A stretch of DNA of 64,000 nt, taken from positions 24,118,001 through 24,182,000 of the forward strand of contig OX597839.1 in NCBI GenBank assembly GCA_951406725.2, given 5' to 3'. Shown here piece after piece: positions 35,731 through 48,204 of this stretch. This DNA is from Octopus vulgaris (lineage: Eukaryota). Under the pieces are notes generated by a model. That model did no database searches. It had not been told where the DNA came from and worked only from the letters and a program-made list of their open reading frames with translations. Both the position numbers and the translations under genes were made by a program. The number at the start of each line of letters is the position of its first letter. Positions within the stretch are counted from its first letter, which is position 1.

Positions 35731-37384
35731 CATTTTGATTTTGAATTTGTCTTGAGTTAAAAAAAGCAAATGAAAGCACAAATAAATAAAGGATTATCCA
35801 AAATTCTGACTGCCTCCCTTTTCTCAACACACACACACATTAGTTATGTTGGTTTTAATATACCTCACAGAATGGACATTGAACAAAATCTACTTAAAAA
35901 TAATTCTGCAGTAAGGAAAAGATCAAATGATCTCAATGACTGACATTTCAATCACTTCGGAAAGTAAGGGAGACAACTGTAGACATGTTTCAGTCTTCTT
36001 AGATCTCCTCAGCGAAGCGTAAACTCTATGCAATTTAATGAAGAAGTAATGAATCACTAATTTCATGCAAAATATGGTACATGACAACGTACAGAAAACC
36101 AGCACTACTTGAAATAAATTATTGAAGTTAATTTAACCACAATGGTTTATGATGTTTTAATTTGTACCACAGTGGTTTATGATTTAAAAAAAAAATTTTG
36201 TAGAAATTATCATCATCATCATTTAATGTCCATTTTCCATGCTGGCATGGGTTGGATAGTTTTGACAAGAACTGGGAAACTGGAGAGCTGCACCAGATTC
36301 TAGTTGACTGGTTTTGGCAAGGTTTCTGTGGCTGGATGGCCTTCGTGATGTCCACCACGTTACAGGGCACTACATGCTTTATATATGGCACCCGCACAGA
36401 GACCTTTTAATGTGTCACAAACATGAGTGCTTTTACATGACACCTGCATGAGTGCTTTTAATGTGGCACCAGAATGGGTGGTTTGAATGCGACACCAGGT
36501 ATTTCCTTCTGAGAAAAATATTACACAGGAATTCTCTTTTTCTCTCTCGGAAATAATCTCCAATTTTCTTCCAAACTACATTATCCTTGGCACAAAACAC
36601 ATTTCCGAGAATTGTTTCCTGACCTAAGAATCTTTCGTCTTATTATGAAGTAATAAAACAACATAATCAGGTATGTAGGTACAGGTGTAGTCCTTAAACT
36701 AGGCATCAGGAATGGGGTACCAACTAGGGAGGGTATAAATCCCTAAACACTCTCTCCATCAGTTATAATGAGGGTTCTAGTTGATCTGATGAACAGAATA
36801 ACCTACTTGTGAAATTAATGTACAAATGACTGAGTACTCCACAGAAATTTGAACCCTTAATGTAGTTCTCAGAGAGATTCAATATGACACAATGTGAACA
36901 AACTAACCCCAGTGTTTATTATTGTCATTCTTTTTTTTCTTTTGCTAACCTTGGTACTTATTCTATCCATATACTAAGTTACAGGGATGTAAACACACCA
37001 ACACTGGTTAAGCATGAGGAGACACACACACACACACACATTTATACTGACAAGGTTTTGGTTGGCTCAAGGCCATAGTAGAAGACATTTGCCCAAGGTG
37101 CCATACAGTGAGACTGAACTCAGAACCCTGTAGTTCAGAAGCAAGCTTCTTACCACACAGCCATGCTTGTGCCTATATAACGATTTTTTTTTCTTCTTTC
37201 AAAATGCAGTTTAATTAGAGAGAAATGTATTTTTAAAACTTGTATTCAAAATAAAACAAGATTTCCATTACCAAAGATGAAACAAAAGTAATTTGGTTTC
37301 AAATTTTGGCACAAGGCCAGCAATTTCGGGGGAGGGGGATAGGTGATTATATTGACTCCCAGTGCTCAACAGGTATTCACTCCA

Positions 37385-37645
37385 GGAGTGGCTTCCGTGC
37401 AGGTGGCATGTAAAATGCACCAATCCAACCGTGGCCGATGCCAGCCTCGCCTGGCACCAGTGCAGGTGGCATGTAAAAAGCACCCACTACATTCACGGAG
37501 TGGTTGGCATTAGGAAGGGCATCCAGCTGTAGAAACATTGCCAGATAAGACCGGAGCCTGGTGCAGCCTTCTGGCTTCCCAGATCCCCGGTCGAACCGTC
37601 CAGCCCATGCTAGCATGGAGAACGGATGTTAAACGATGATGATGA
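37385..37645 (+). mobile_element. RTE-LINE 3' tail inserted in an old SINE-B
   Basis: Ends GTTAAACGATGATGATGA. SINE-B halves lie at ~37290-37375 and ~37650-37745. Confidence 0.78.
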
Positions 37646-38866
37646 GGAGGAGGATGAAAGGCAAAGTCGACTACGGCAGAAATTTCAACCCAGAACACCA
37701 AGACGGATAAGATGCTGCTCAGCAGCTTCATCTGGCGTGCTAACTACTCCACCACATTGAAACCACACAAATATTGAAAAGCCTAACAACATGCAGATAT
37801 TTATGTAGATGCAATCAGCTTGTTCTTTATTCGACAAGTGTCTTTCAATTGCTTTAGTTTGCCCGGTAGAGGGCTAGCGGTGACGGAACCAGGGCTGAGG
37901 AGTTGAAGCAGAAAACTTTGATGGTGACTCCTCTTTATGACCATACCAGCACAGTCGCCTCTCACGTACACCACATCTGATTGTGGTCTACGTATCTCGT
38001 AAAGCATATGCATACGCTTGTACTCAGAGTAGGCCTCTATGTTATAACTCGCTTATATTAAGGAATAAAGATACTGGGAGTTGGTATAGCTTTACCAACT
38101 CAGACTCCAGCTAGCCCTTAACTGTTTCTGACTCTGGCCCCACAGCCCTGGATGAATGAAACCTTGGGAAACATAACACAAAACAAGTACAGTGACTGTG
38201 TGTACAGTAATATACAAAAATAGAGCATCTTGCTCTTGGCCAGACCTGTCTGGTTTGAACATAAAAAAAGGTAGAATAGTATGGCCAGAAATTCTGGCTG
38301 GTTTAAATGCTGAAGAGTTAAAACACTCAAGAGATGCAGTCTGATAATACTTCCATGAAGGATGGCAGGAAGAAGTGGTAAAAGACCCACAGTAACGTAC
38401 AAAGATAGAGACATCTTGTTCTTGACACTGGGAAAAGTTGCTAAAAATATAAAGCTTACCAAATATACTTGTTGTATGTCTGTATCTTGGGAGGGTCATT
38501 TTACCAATGGGGAAACAGCTGCACATTGGTTCTGTTTTATTTCCTTTTATTACTTTATTTAATTACCGAGTTGACTAATTAATTGATTGCCTTATCAATC
38601 ACTTGATCAAATGTTGCCAACCATGACCTCCTCAGTGACTAGTTATGTCATATCTTGGCAAAAAAAAAAAAAAGAAAAAGAAAAAAGATTCTTGCAAGCA
38701 GAGCGACATCTGTTCCAACACAATTTCACATGATTCATGCTTTACATACATACAAAAAGTGTGTGTGTGTGTGTGTGTTTATATGCATATAGAGACAGTT
38801 TTGTGTATGTATTAATATTAAGAAGTGTAGGAAAGTGAGAAGATAAGAGTGAAGGCTGCTGCCTAC

Positions 38867-38963
38867 CTTAATGTTGCTACCTGGTAGGTGTCACATACAT
38901 CAGAGATGAATAATTCCCGGGAACTGATCAAAGGATCCTTTATAGCAAGGTCAATGCCAGATT
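38867..38963 (-). CDS. RERE: RERE/Atrophin-2-like exon (BAH domain), 97 nt, phase 1 in / phase 2 out
   Basis: Acceptor ttttttcag|AA and donor AG|gtaggc. Translates xSGIDLAIKDPLISSRELFISDVCDTYQVATL(R), matching the recalled human RERE segment [32 protein letters not shown]. Confidence 0.93.
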
Positions 38964-39100
38964 CTGAAAAAAAGAACACAACAGGGAACACATTTAATAA
39001 GGATGATAATGATAATAATAATAATGATAATAATACAATGGCGGTGCCCCAGCATGGCCACAGCTCATGAGCTGAAACTGGAAAAATCAAAAATCAAAAT

Positions 39101-39463
39101 CAAGAGTACTCAGAGAGTACAAAAAAATGCCAAGGCAACATCAATGTCTTCTCAACGATTAGCCAGGGATGATTTTTAAAATGAGAAAATCTGAAATAAA
39201 CTCGATTGCTCTCACAAATGAGAATACTAAAAATGAACCCAAGTGCTCTCAAAAATTAAATAAAAAAACAGGAAAAATAATACAAAATCCTTGTCCGGTA
39301 CCGGATCAATCTTAAAATCTAATAAGTTCATGCCAATCACGAGGCCAAACATCCCTGAAAGTTTCATCCAAATCCATCCAGCAGTTCTTGAAATATTTTT
39401 GTCCACAGACAAACAAGCAAACATGACTGAAAAAACTACCTCCACTTTCACTAAGGAGGAGGA
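39101..39463 (+). mobile_element. Helentron-associated (HINE/DINE-like) non-autonomous element
   Basis: Starts CAAGAG, has AAGTTTCATCCAAATCCATCCAG and an ACAGACAAACAAGCAAAC microsatellite, and ends in the hairpin CCTCC...GGAGG followed by AAT-rich flank. Family pattern is recalled, not searched. Confidence 0.55.
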
Positions 39464-41401
39464 ATTAATAATAATAATATGCAATACCAGGCAGTGGCTC
39501 TCATCTTAACTGATTGGAAGTTTTATCATGTACACGATTTGTGTTGGTATAAAAGATGGGCTACAGCAAATATTCTGCTCAATAGCACAGATTTGCTTGT
39601 CAGTTGTTTGACCTTAACCAGTCGAGCATGTCCTTTTGGTGGCTGATGATATGTACATCTCTGATCAAGAGCAGAAGTAGTGGGGGAGCATCATAGCCAT
39701 GTGCTGAGAGGAATTCTTTGGGGTTTGGATATTTCACCACTGGAAACACGAGTGTTTCGTTCATCATCCTTAAACAACCCTTATTCAGAGACTTTTGAGT
39801 GGAATGGGCTACTCGACCTAAAGAAAATTCCTACTGGGCCCCACCTGCAAGATCATATGCTGTTTATCTTGATAGGAGGTTACCATGTTGTGCACATATG
39901 GTTGTGATGCATGTGCCTGGTGTATCCTTATCAGGCGTGTAGTCATGATAGGTATACCCCAGTGTTACTTTGATGGCATGCACTGCTCTCTCAATAATAA
40001 TTTCAAATATTTGCCACAAGGGTAGCTTGGGGGAGGTGGGGATGAATTGATTATGTTGACCCCAGTGTTCAACTGGTACTAATTTTATCGACCCCCAAAA
40101 GGATGAAAGGCAAAGTCAACCTTGGCAGAATTTTATTTGACCAGTTTCAACATAAAACGGAAAATATTTGAGCTGGATATTATTTTTTTAACCCTTTTAA
40201 CTTCCAGTGGTGCATAAAAAGCACCATTCAAGCACGGTTAATACCAGTGCTGTTTGACTGGCCACTGTGCCGGTGGCATGTACAAAGCACCCACTACACT
40301 CTCAGAGTGGTTGGTGTTAGAAAGGGCATCTAGCTGCAGAAACCATGCCAAAACAGACTGGAGTTTGGTGCAACCTCCTGGCTTGCAAGTCCTCGGTCAA
40401 ACCGTCCAACCCATGCCAGCATGGAAAGCGGATGTTAAACGATGATAATGATGATTACTCCATCAAATGCAATGCTTTTTTTTATCCACATTGTTTTGGA
40501 TTAATCATGCATTATATCGTAGCTTTGATGTGATTGTTTAATTCTGGAATGACCATGGAGGGCAGGTGTGAGAGGCTAAATCTGGCCTGTTTGAACATGA
40601 AACAGGTAGGAGTATTTTGGCCAGACATGGCAAATTTAAATGCTAGAGTTAAAACCCTCAAGAGATGCAGTATGTTAACACAGTGACCTTACAAGAAAGA
40701 AGTGCTGAGACACACAGGTCCCATTAAACCATCGAAGACAACGAGGGAGCACTTGCTAGAAATAGAAACCAAGTCTTCATCAAATTACATCCTACTGCTT
40801 CGAAAACTGAGGGACACACTGAATAATCCAACCAGCCATCCATCCACCTTCTCAGCTCCCTATTCTTGGGAGGTTGTGGGAGTACTATCCTTGGGTACCT
40901 CCTCCATAGGATCCTATCAGAAGCAGTCATCATTACTCTCTCATGTCAAATTCTCAAATGTGACCACCACTGAATAATGAAGTCCAGAAACAACAATGGA
41001 TGATCATGGTCAGTATGACTGAGAGCATAGGTCTGTTCAATCAGGACTGACCAAGGGCTAAATAACAACAGCAACAAGCGGATTAGAGCAATTGATTATT
41101 AAGTGTATTTAGTAAAAGTAAGGCCCTGACCAAAGCCACCTTCAGCCAAAGCTAAAACAGATTTGCTAATCTATCGCCTCAGCTGGTCGCAGTTCTTCAC
41201 AAACATTACAGATCATTAAATTAATCTGCAGTTAATTACTATAAGACTTATTGAACTTGCAGTGTCTGGACTAGAATTACAGCCACTTGATCTCATAAAT
41301 ATGACACCACTTAAATAATGACATTAACAATAATAGAGTCAAAATGGAAATCATTCTTTATATGATCAATATTATTATCATTATTATCATTATCATTATC
41401 A

Positions 41402-41432
<31 letters not shown>

Positions 41433-41443
41433 CATTATCATTA

Positions 41444-41660
41444 AAGCAGCAAGCTTGGCAGAATCGTTAGCATGCTGGACAAAATGCTCAACTGCATTTC
41501 GTCTGTCTTCACATTCTGAGTTCAAATTCCGCCGAGGTCGACTTTGCCTTTCACCCTTTCGGGGTCGATCAATTAAGTACCAGTGAAACACTGGGGTTGA
41601 TGTAAACAACTTGTCCCCTCCCATGAAATTTCAGGCCTTGCGCCTTCAATAGAAAGGATG

Positions 41661-41695
<35 letters not shown>

Positions 41696-42170
41696 CATTA
41701 TTAAAGTGGTGAGCTGGCAGAATCATTAGCACACTGGATGAAATGCTTAGTGGTATTTCGCCCAAAAGGCGGTGAGCTAGCAGAATCGTTAGCACGTCGG
41801 GCGAAATGCTTAGCGGTATTTCGGCTGCCGTTACATTCTGAGTTCAAATTCTGCCGAGGTCGACTTTGCCTTTCATCCTTTCGGGGTCGATAAATTAAGT
41901 ACCAGTTAAGCACTGGGGTCGATATAATCGACTTAATACCTATGTCTGTCCATGTTTGTCTCCTCTATGTTTAGTCCCTTGTGGGTAATAAAGAAATAGG
42001 TATTTCGCCCATCGGTACCTTCTGGGTTCAAATTCCGCCAAGGTTGACTTTGCCTATCATCCATTCAGGGTCGATAAATTAAGTACAGTTGCATACTGGG
42101 GTCAATCTAATCGACTGCCCCCCCCCTCCCCAAAAATTTCAGGTCTTGAGCCTAGAGTAAAAAGGATTAT
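41444..42170 (+). mobile_element. SINE-B cluster: old copy (41444-41660), then a young copy (41765-41998) nested in an old copy (41703-42170), set in (ATT)n tracts
   Basis: TSD GGTATTTCGCCCA at 41752-41764 and 41999-42011. Confidence 0.9.
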
Positions 42171-43141
42171 CATTATTATCATCATCATTATCATCATCAT
42201 CATTATTATTATTATTATTATTAATCAAGTTATTAATGTAACAATTTCAGTGGCATGAAGAAGCAACTTAATTCTTAATAACTGGAAGCAACATTAAAAT
42301 AAATTTCCATTTCATAAGTCTTAAGAAAAGCGACTTCTTCGGCTCATTGCCAAACAGTGGCCATCAAAGTAGATTTCTTCACAGTAACATCTCAGTTAAT
42401 AAGCATTTAACAAATTGTTTTCTTCAGCAACAAGAAATTTAGAGAAATAAATAAAATTTAAAGACACTTCTTCTGTCTCCTTTATATATATATTTCCTTA
42501 GAAATATATTACCATCTAATATTTATGCTGGCAAGGTGAAAGATGTTAATAATAATAATAATGATAATAATAATGATAATAATGATGATAATAATAATAG
42601 TAGTGCCATATATTGAATAATGGAATATCTTAGAGTTGAAGTAATTTATAAGAGGAATTAAATTGGGAGAGATAAATGGTTGTGTGTATGTGTGTGTGTA
42701 TGTATATATGCATGTGTATGCACAAAAACATGCAACAACATGCATATATATATATATAGACCTAAATAAATGCAATGTGTATACACATGAACATACACAT
42801 ACATATATATATATATATATACGTAGTTATAGATACATAAATATACATATACACAAGCATACATATATACTCATACCAATATACATACATACATACACAT
42901 GTATATAGATACCCACACATATATACATGCCCATACTCACTCGCACACAATACATATAGACATACACATAACTACACATTAGATAGACAGACGTATACAA
43001 AACACATCTACACACATTACCTAGACATATCTACTCACACACACACACACACACACATTATATACAGACATGTGAGATGAATATTTTTAATATCGCATAT
43101 AATGAAAAAACACAAAAACAAAATTCCTGAAATGGTAGCGA

Positions 43142-43177
<36 letters not shown>

Positions 43178-43677
43178 CAGAGCATCAATCAGACTCCTCC
43201 AAGACAACGTAATTGAAAGACATGGATAATTGTGGAACGAAACACAAGTGAATTAAGAGAGAAGAAGAAGATCTTGTTGTTGGAGTTGTTCGGAAAATTA
43301 GCTTAAGGAGGAATCTCAGGACAGAATGAGACGGAATTGATGACAGTCGACTCACTGGAATGCAAGACTTAAACAACTGCTGCTTTTTAAATAACTTTTA
43401 ATCAATAGCTAAACCAAAATAATATTCTTCTCTTCTCTGGGGTTTTTTTTTTTTTTTTTTTTTTTGCAGTTATTGGGTTTTTTTTTTTTTTTTAATGGAG
43501 ATGATGCTGAAGATGATGATGATGATGATGATGATGATAAAAAAATAATATGAGATATAAATGGAAAGATATGAAAATGAACCATCGAGATTTTTAAAGT
43601 AGATTCTGTAACAAAAATGGTTGGCGGATTCTTTGTAGAGAGATGTCACAGGAGGATTAAGTTTGCTTGTAATTGGC

Positions 43678-43726
43678 GAGAGAGAGAGAGAGAGAGAGGG
43701 GAGAGAGAGAAAGAGAGAGAGAAAGG

Positions 43727-43800
<74 letters not shown>

Positions 43801-43951
43801 GAGAGAGAGAGAGAGAGAGAGAAAGAAAGAGAGAGAAAAAGAGAGAAAGAGAGAGAGAGAGAGAGAAAGAGTGAGAGAAGAAAGAGAGAGAAAGGGAGAG
43901 AGAGAGAAAGAGAGAGAGAGAGAAAGAGAGAGATAGGGAGAGAGAGAAAAA

Positions 43952-44018
<67 letters not shown>
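43678..44018. repeat. (GA)n microsatellite, ~340 bp
   Basis: Directly visible. Confidence 0.97.
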
Positions 44019-44022
<4 letters not shown>

Positions 44023-44206
44023 TTAGCCTTCGTTTAGAAGTGTGTCTAACGCTATTCAGAAGGTTGTGTTTGGCAGCAGACGAAGTAGTTGTTGTTTGAA
44101 CAAAATGCATTAAATGTGTGTCTGATGCACAAATATTGTATGATGTGTTTGATGAGTGTGCACAAATGTTTGATGAGAGTATAGTAACTTTTGTTTGATG
44201 GATATA

Positions 44207-44437
44207 TATTTCTTTACTACCCACAAGGGGCTACACACAGAGGGGACAAACAAGGACAGACAAACGGATTAAGTCGATTACATCGAACCCAGTGCGTAAC
44301 TGGTACTTAATTTATTGACCCCGAAAGGATGAAAGGCAAAGTCAACCTCGGCGGAATTTGAACTCAGAACGTTGCGGCAGACGAAATACGGCTACACATT
44401 TCGCCCGGCGTGCTAACGCTTCTGCCAGCTCGCCACC
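44207..44437 (-). mobile_element. SINE family B with TSD
   Basis: TTTGATGGATATA is present on both flanks. Confidence 0.92.
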
Positions 44438-44457
44438 TTTGATGGATATATATATAA

Positions 44458-44741
44458 CAGTGGCTCTCAATCGGGGGCTCCACGCCAGCAAAATAGTAAA
44501 TTGGAGATCCACATGTTGTATTTTAAGGGTCCATGAAAATTATTACTTTTGATGTATTTTTTGCAAGAAACCCCTAGGTTTCTTTCTCGAACATTTAACA
44601 GTATTTTACATAATTCAGTCTACATAAATGAATGGGTGAAAAAAAACAAAAAAGAATTTTGAAAGAAGTTTCTATAAAACTACCAGAATGAAATGGTAAT
44701 GAAAGGGGTCTGTAGGTAAAAAAAACGGCCGAGAACCACTG
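44458..44741. mobile_element. hAT-like MITE, followed by a second partial copy (~44755-45437) split by a SINE-A
   Basis: TIRs CAGTGGCTCTC / GAGAACCACTG. No convincing 8-bp TSD. Confidence 0.65.
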
Positions 44742-44865
44742 CTTTAGATATATTAATTGCAAGAAAAGCTAGGCTTCTTTCTCAAACATTTTACATGGTT
44801 TAACATGTTTCTGGCCACCAAGACATGTTCTCTCGGAGAGTTCTAGAGCAAACCTACACAAGACA

Positions 44866-45279
44866 CAGGAGTGGCTGTGTGGTAAGTAGCTTGCTTACCA
44901 ACCACATGGTTCCGGGTTCAGTCCCACTGCATGGCATCTTGGGCAAGTGTCTTTTGCTATAGCCCCGGGCCGACCAATGCCTTGTGAGTGGATTTGGTAG
45001 ACGGAAACTGAAAGAAGCATGTCGTGTATATGTATATATGTATGTATGTGTGTGTATGTTTGTGTGTCTGTGTTTGTCCCCCTAGGATTGCTCGACAACC
45101 GATGCTGGTGTGTTTACGTCCCCGTAACTTAGCGGTTTGGCAAAATAGACTGATAGAATAAGTACTGGGCTTACAAAGAATAAGTCCCAGGTTCGATTTG
45201 CTCGACTAAAGGCGTTGCTCCAGCATGGCTGCAGTCAAATGACTGAAACAAGTAAAAGAGTAAAGAGAGTAAAGAGTAA
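44866..45279 (+). mobile_element. SINE family A, full length
   Basis: Matches family A, with a (GTAAAGA)n-type tail. Confidence 0.92.
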
Positions 45280-45811
45280 GTGAATGGTTAAAAAACAAAA
45301 CAGGAATTTTGAAAGAAGTTTCTAGTTTTTAAAAGAACTGGTTTTTAAATGTGAAATGGCTATGGAAGTCCACCAGAATGATATAGTAATTAAAGTGGTC
45401 CATAGGTAAAGAAAAGAAAAAAGGTTGAGAACTCTTGGTAGAGATAAAGTAGCTTCCGTTTGTTTGATGCCTGGACATCAATTAATGTTCTTCCGTGTTT
45501 ATTCCAGGAGGCTAAGCAGGGAGGCATCAGATCAAAACACAAGGACAAGAGTTGATTTGAGCAGCACTTTTAGCTCAAAGGGAGTGAAGAATTAAGAGGG
45601 CATCTGAAGAAGAGACAGATTAAGAGAACACTTGGGAGACCTTGATGTTAAATCCTTAAATCCTTAAAAATGTTTTAGCCCAAAAGCCGCGGCCATGCTG
45701 GGGCACCACCGCTGGAGAACATTACAAACCACAGCCACTTTGGAATGCATTTGTCTATCTTGGGGGTCAATCAAAATAGTGGCAAGAGAAAAGAAATGAC
45801 AAAAGTAACTC

Positions 45812-45850
<39 letters not shown>

Positions 45851-46588
45851 AAAAAAAGAAGGTTAACGGCTTCAATCTGTTGATAGTAAAGGAGAGTTAC
45901 TTGCCCCTAGCTTCTTCAGACAGTCTCAATGGAGAAACTGTTTAAATAGATATCGATAACAGAGCCAAGTTTCTTCGAAGATTAGCCTCGTGTTTAATTA
46001 AATCAGTACAGTTATTAATGAGGAAATTAAGGTGATCGTAAATGGAAAGTTTACGGATTTAAATGGGGAGTAAAAGTGAAAGTAGAAAAGGTTAATTGGT
46101 GAATGGAAGAAGATAAAAGCGATAAAAGTTTGGATGAATATAAACAAAAGATGATTGGTCAGGTCAATATTTAGTGAACCTTGGGTAAAGTCAGAGGTTC
46201 TTGACATGGGTGGTACTGCCCCCAGGAGAGGAGGGGGGGGGGGCAATGGGCATATCAAACAGTGTATTAACATACTAAACATACTAAATTTTACCTATAG
46301 TAATAATAATTATATTCCACATGATAAAACGAGTAATGGTCATTAAAATAAAACGAGATTTCTTCAGACCCAGGGAAGTCACTGACTTGCAATGTATAAA
46401 CTAGTAAATTTACATCTTTTGACATTGACTGATACCCAGTTTTGGTTAAACTGCATTGCAAAATGTGGGAGTAGTTAGGAATCTAAATCGGAGTAGACAG
46501 ACACTCACACCATCAATTTTTTTCATTATTTCAATGTTAAAAGCTTACACAATCCATTTTTAGAGTAAAATTTATAAATTATCATCTA

Positions 46589-46986
46589 CTAGCAGTATCA
46601 CCCGGCGTTGCTCGGGTTTGTAAGGGAAATAACTATATAAGCATTTTTAGAGAGTTATAGCCAAAAAATAGCAAAAAATGCATTAAAAATGGAAAAAAAT
46701 GATGGTAAATTTTTTTTAAATCGTTGACTCATCGTAGACATTTTTAGAGAGTTACTTCCCTTATATAATAGCAAAAAAAAATGCATTAAAATGGAAAAAA
46801 ATGATGGTAATTTTTTTTTTTAAATCGTAGACTCATCGTAGACACGCGCTAATACCCAGAAGGGCTCGATATGAATCACGACTATAAGATACCCGGTTTT
46901 GGTTAAACTGCACCGCAAAATGTGGGAGTAGTTAGGAATCTAAATCGTAGGAGACAGACACACAACTTCACTTTTATATATAAAGA
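46589..46986 (-). mobile_element. Non-autonomous Helitron, complete, preceded by a 5'-end fragment at ~46432-46510
   Basis: Minus strand reads A|TCTTTATATATAAAAG ... CCCGAGCAACGCCGGG hairpin ... CTAG|T. This gives canonical TC/CTAG ends, an AT target and no TSD. Confidence 0.88.
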
Positions 46987-47590
46987 TTTTAAGTTAGGCA
47001 TAACAACTACTTAACAAGAGACAGAAAAAAAGGGGCTGCTGTCAAGTCGAAAGATAGGATGATTCAATCATAGGTGTAATTCAGTAGTGGTGGTCATGTT
47101 GTGATTAGAACCATCATACTCTTTAGTTGCTTGACCAGTGATTTATACATTGGGTTTAAGTTATCAAGATGGTTTTGTAGATGTGGGATTGTATAAGGTC
47201 ATGGTAACCACCACTGAGTCAACCATGGGTTAAATTAGTTGTGGGCAACCTGTGATCCACAAGACTCCCTGAACGGTGCACTTAATGAACAAATATCACC
47301 TTGATTTTTTTTTTCTCAGGTAGAGTAGCCCACCTGTTGATCAGCCCATGTCCTGTCTCATGTGGCTTTGTCTCTCATAAAACTTTGCCCCAAGCCTGGG
47401 TTTAAATGGCTAAGGTGGTATAGGTGAAGCCCAACCAATTACCATCACCTCCAACAATAGGCAGGGAGATCACAATGGAGTCACTGCCTATGAGAAGTAG
47501 CAGCCAAATCTACCTCAACTCACACCATTCCATCTTGAATATAGCAAAGACACAAAGGACAATGTAATCCTAGACACCCCACCCTTAACC

Positions 47591-47823
47591 TATTTCATAA
47601 TTACCCACAAGGGGCTAAAGACAGAGGGGACAAACAAGGACAGACATAGGTATTAAGTCGATTACATCGACCCCAGTGCGTAACTGGTACTTAATTTATC
47701 GACCCCGAAAGGATGAAAGGCAAAGTCGACCTCAGCAGAATTTGAACTCAGAACGTAACGACAGACGAAATACGGCTACCCATTTCACCCGGCTTGCTAA
47801 CGTTTCTGCCAGCTCACCGCCTT
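47591..47823 (-). mobile_element. SINE family B with TSD ACCCTTAACC
   Basis: Full copy, inserted at the end of a MITE-F pair. Confidence 0.9.
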
Positions 47824-47829
47824 TAACCC

Positions 47830-48204
47830 TTAACCCTTTGGCTAATATGCAACCCAAATATCCTACCTGCTTCATGTTCAAATTGGCCAGATCTACCCTC
47901 TTGCACTTACCCGACAATGTCATTCTTAAAATAAACAATCACCTCATTGAAATCTTGAAGCTTATGAGATAATGCACGATTAATTCAAAGCAATGCAAAT
48001 AAATAAGCATTACATCTGAGAGAGGAATCAGAACATTGAAGGACTGAATTGGTTATATCCCGCCTCTCATACCTTCCCTACAATGTCAGTCTAAAAACAG
48101 TCACTTCATTGAAACCTCAAAGCTATGAGACGATTCATAAAACAATGGGAATAAATAAGCTTTACATTATATTTGACAGCGTAATCTGAATGCTAAAAGG
48201 GTTA
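47830..48204. mobile_element. Two tandem MITE-F units
   Basis: TTAACCCTTTGGC ... AATGCTAAAAGGGTTAA. Confidence 0.75.

Noticed and set aside
37801-38013. Possible alternative exon between two RERE exons
   Set aside because: It contains an RTE fragment (IRCGVRERRLCWYGH in another frame), and the flanking exons already join colinearly with RERE.
21756-38866. Three consecutive introns of similar length (5.5-5.7 kb)
   Set aside because: They share no colinear sequence and have different repeat content, so this is probably coincidence.
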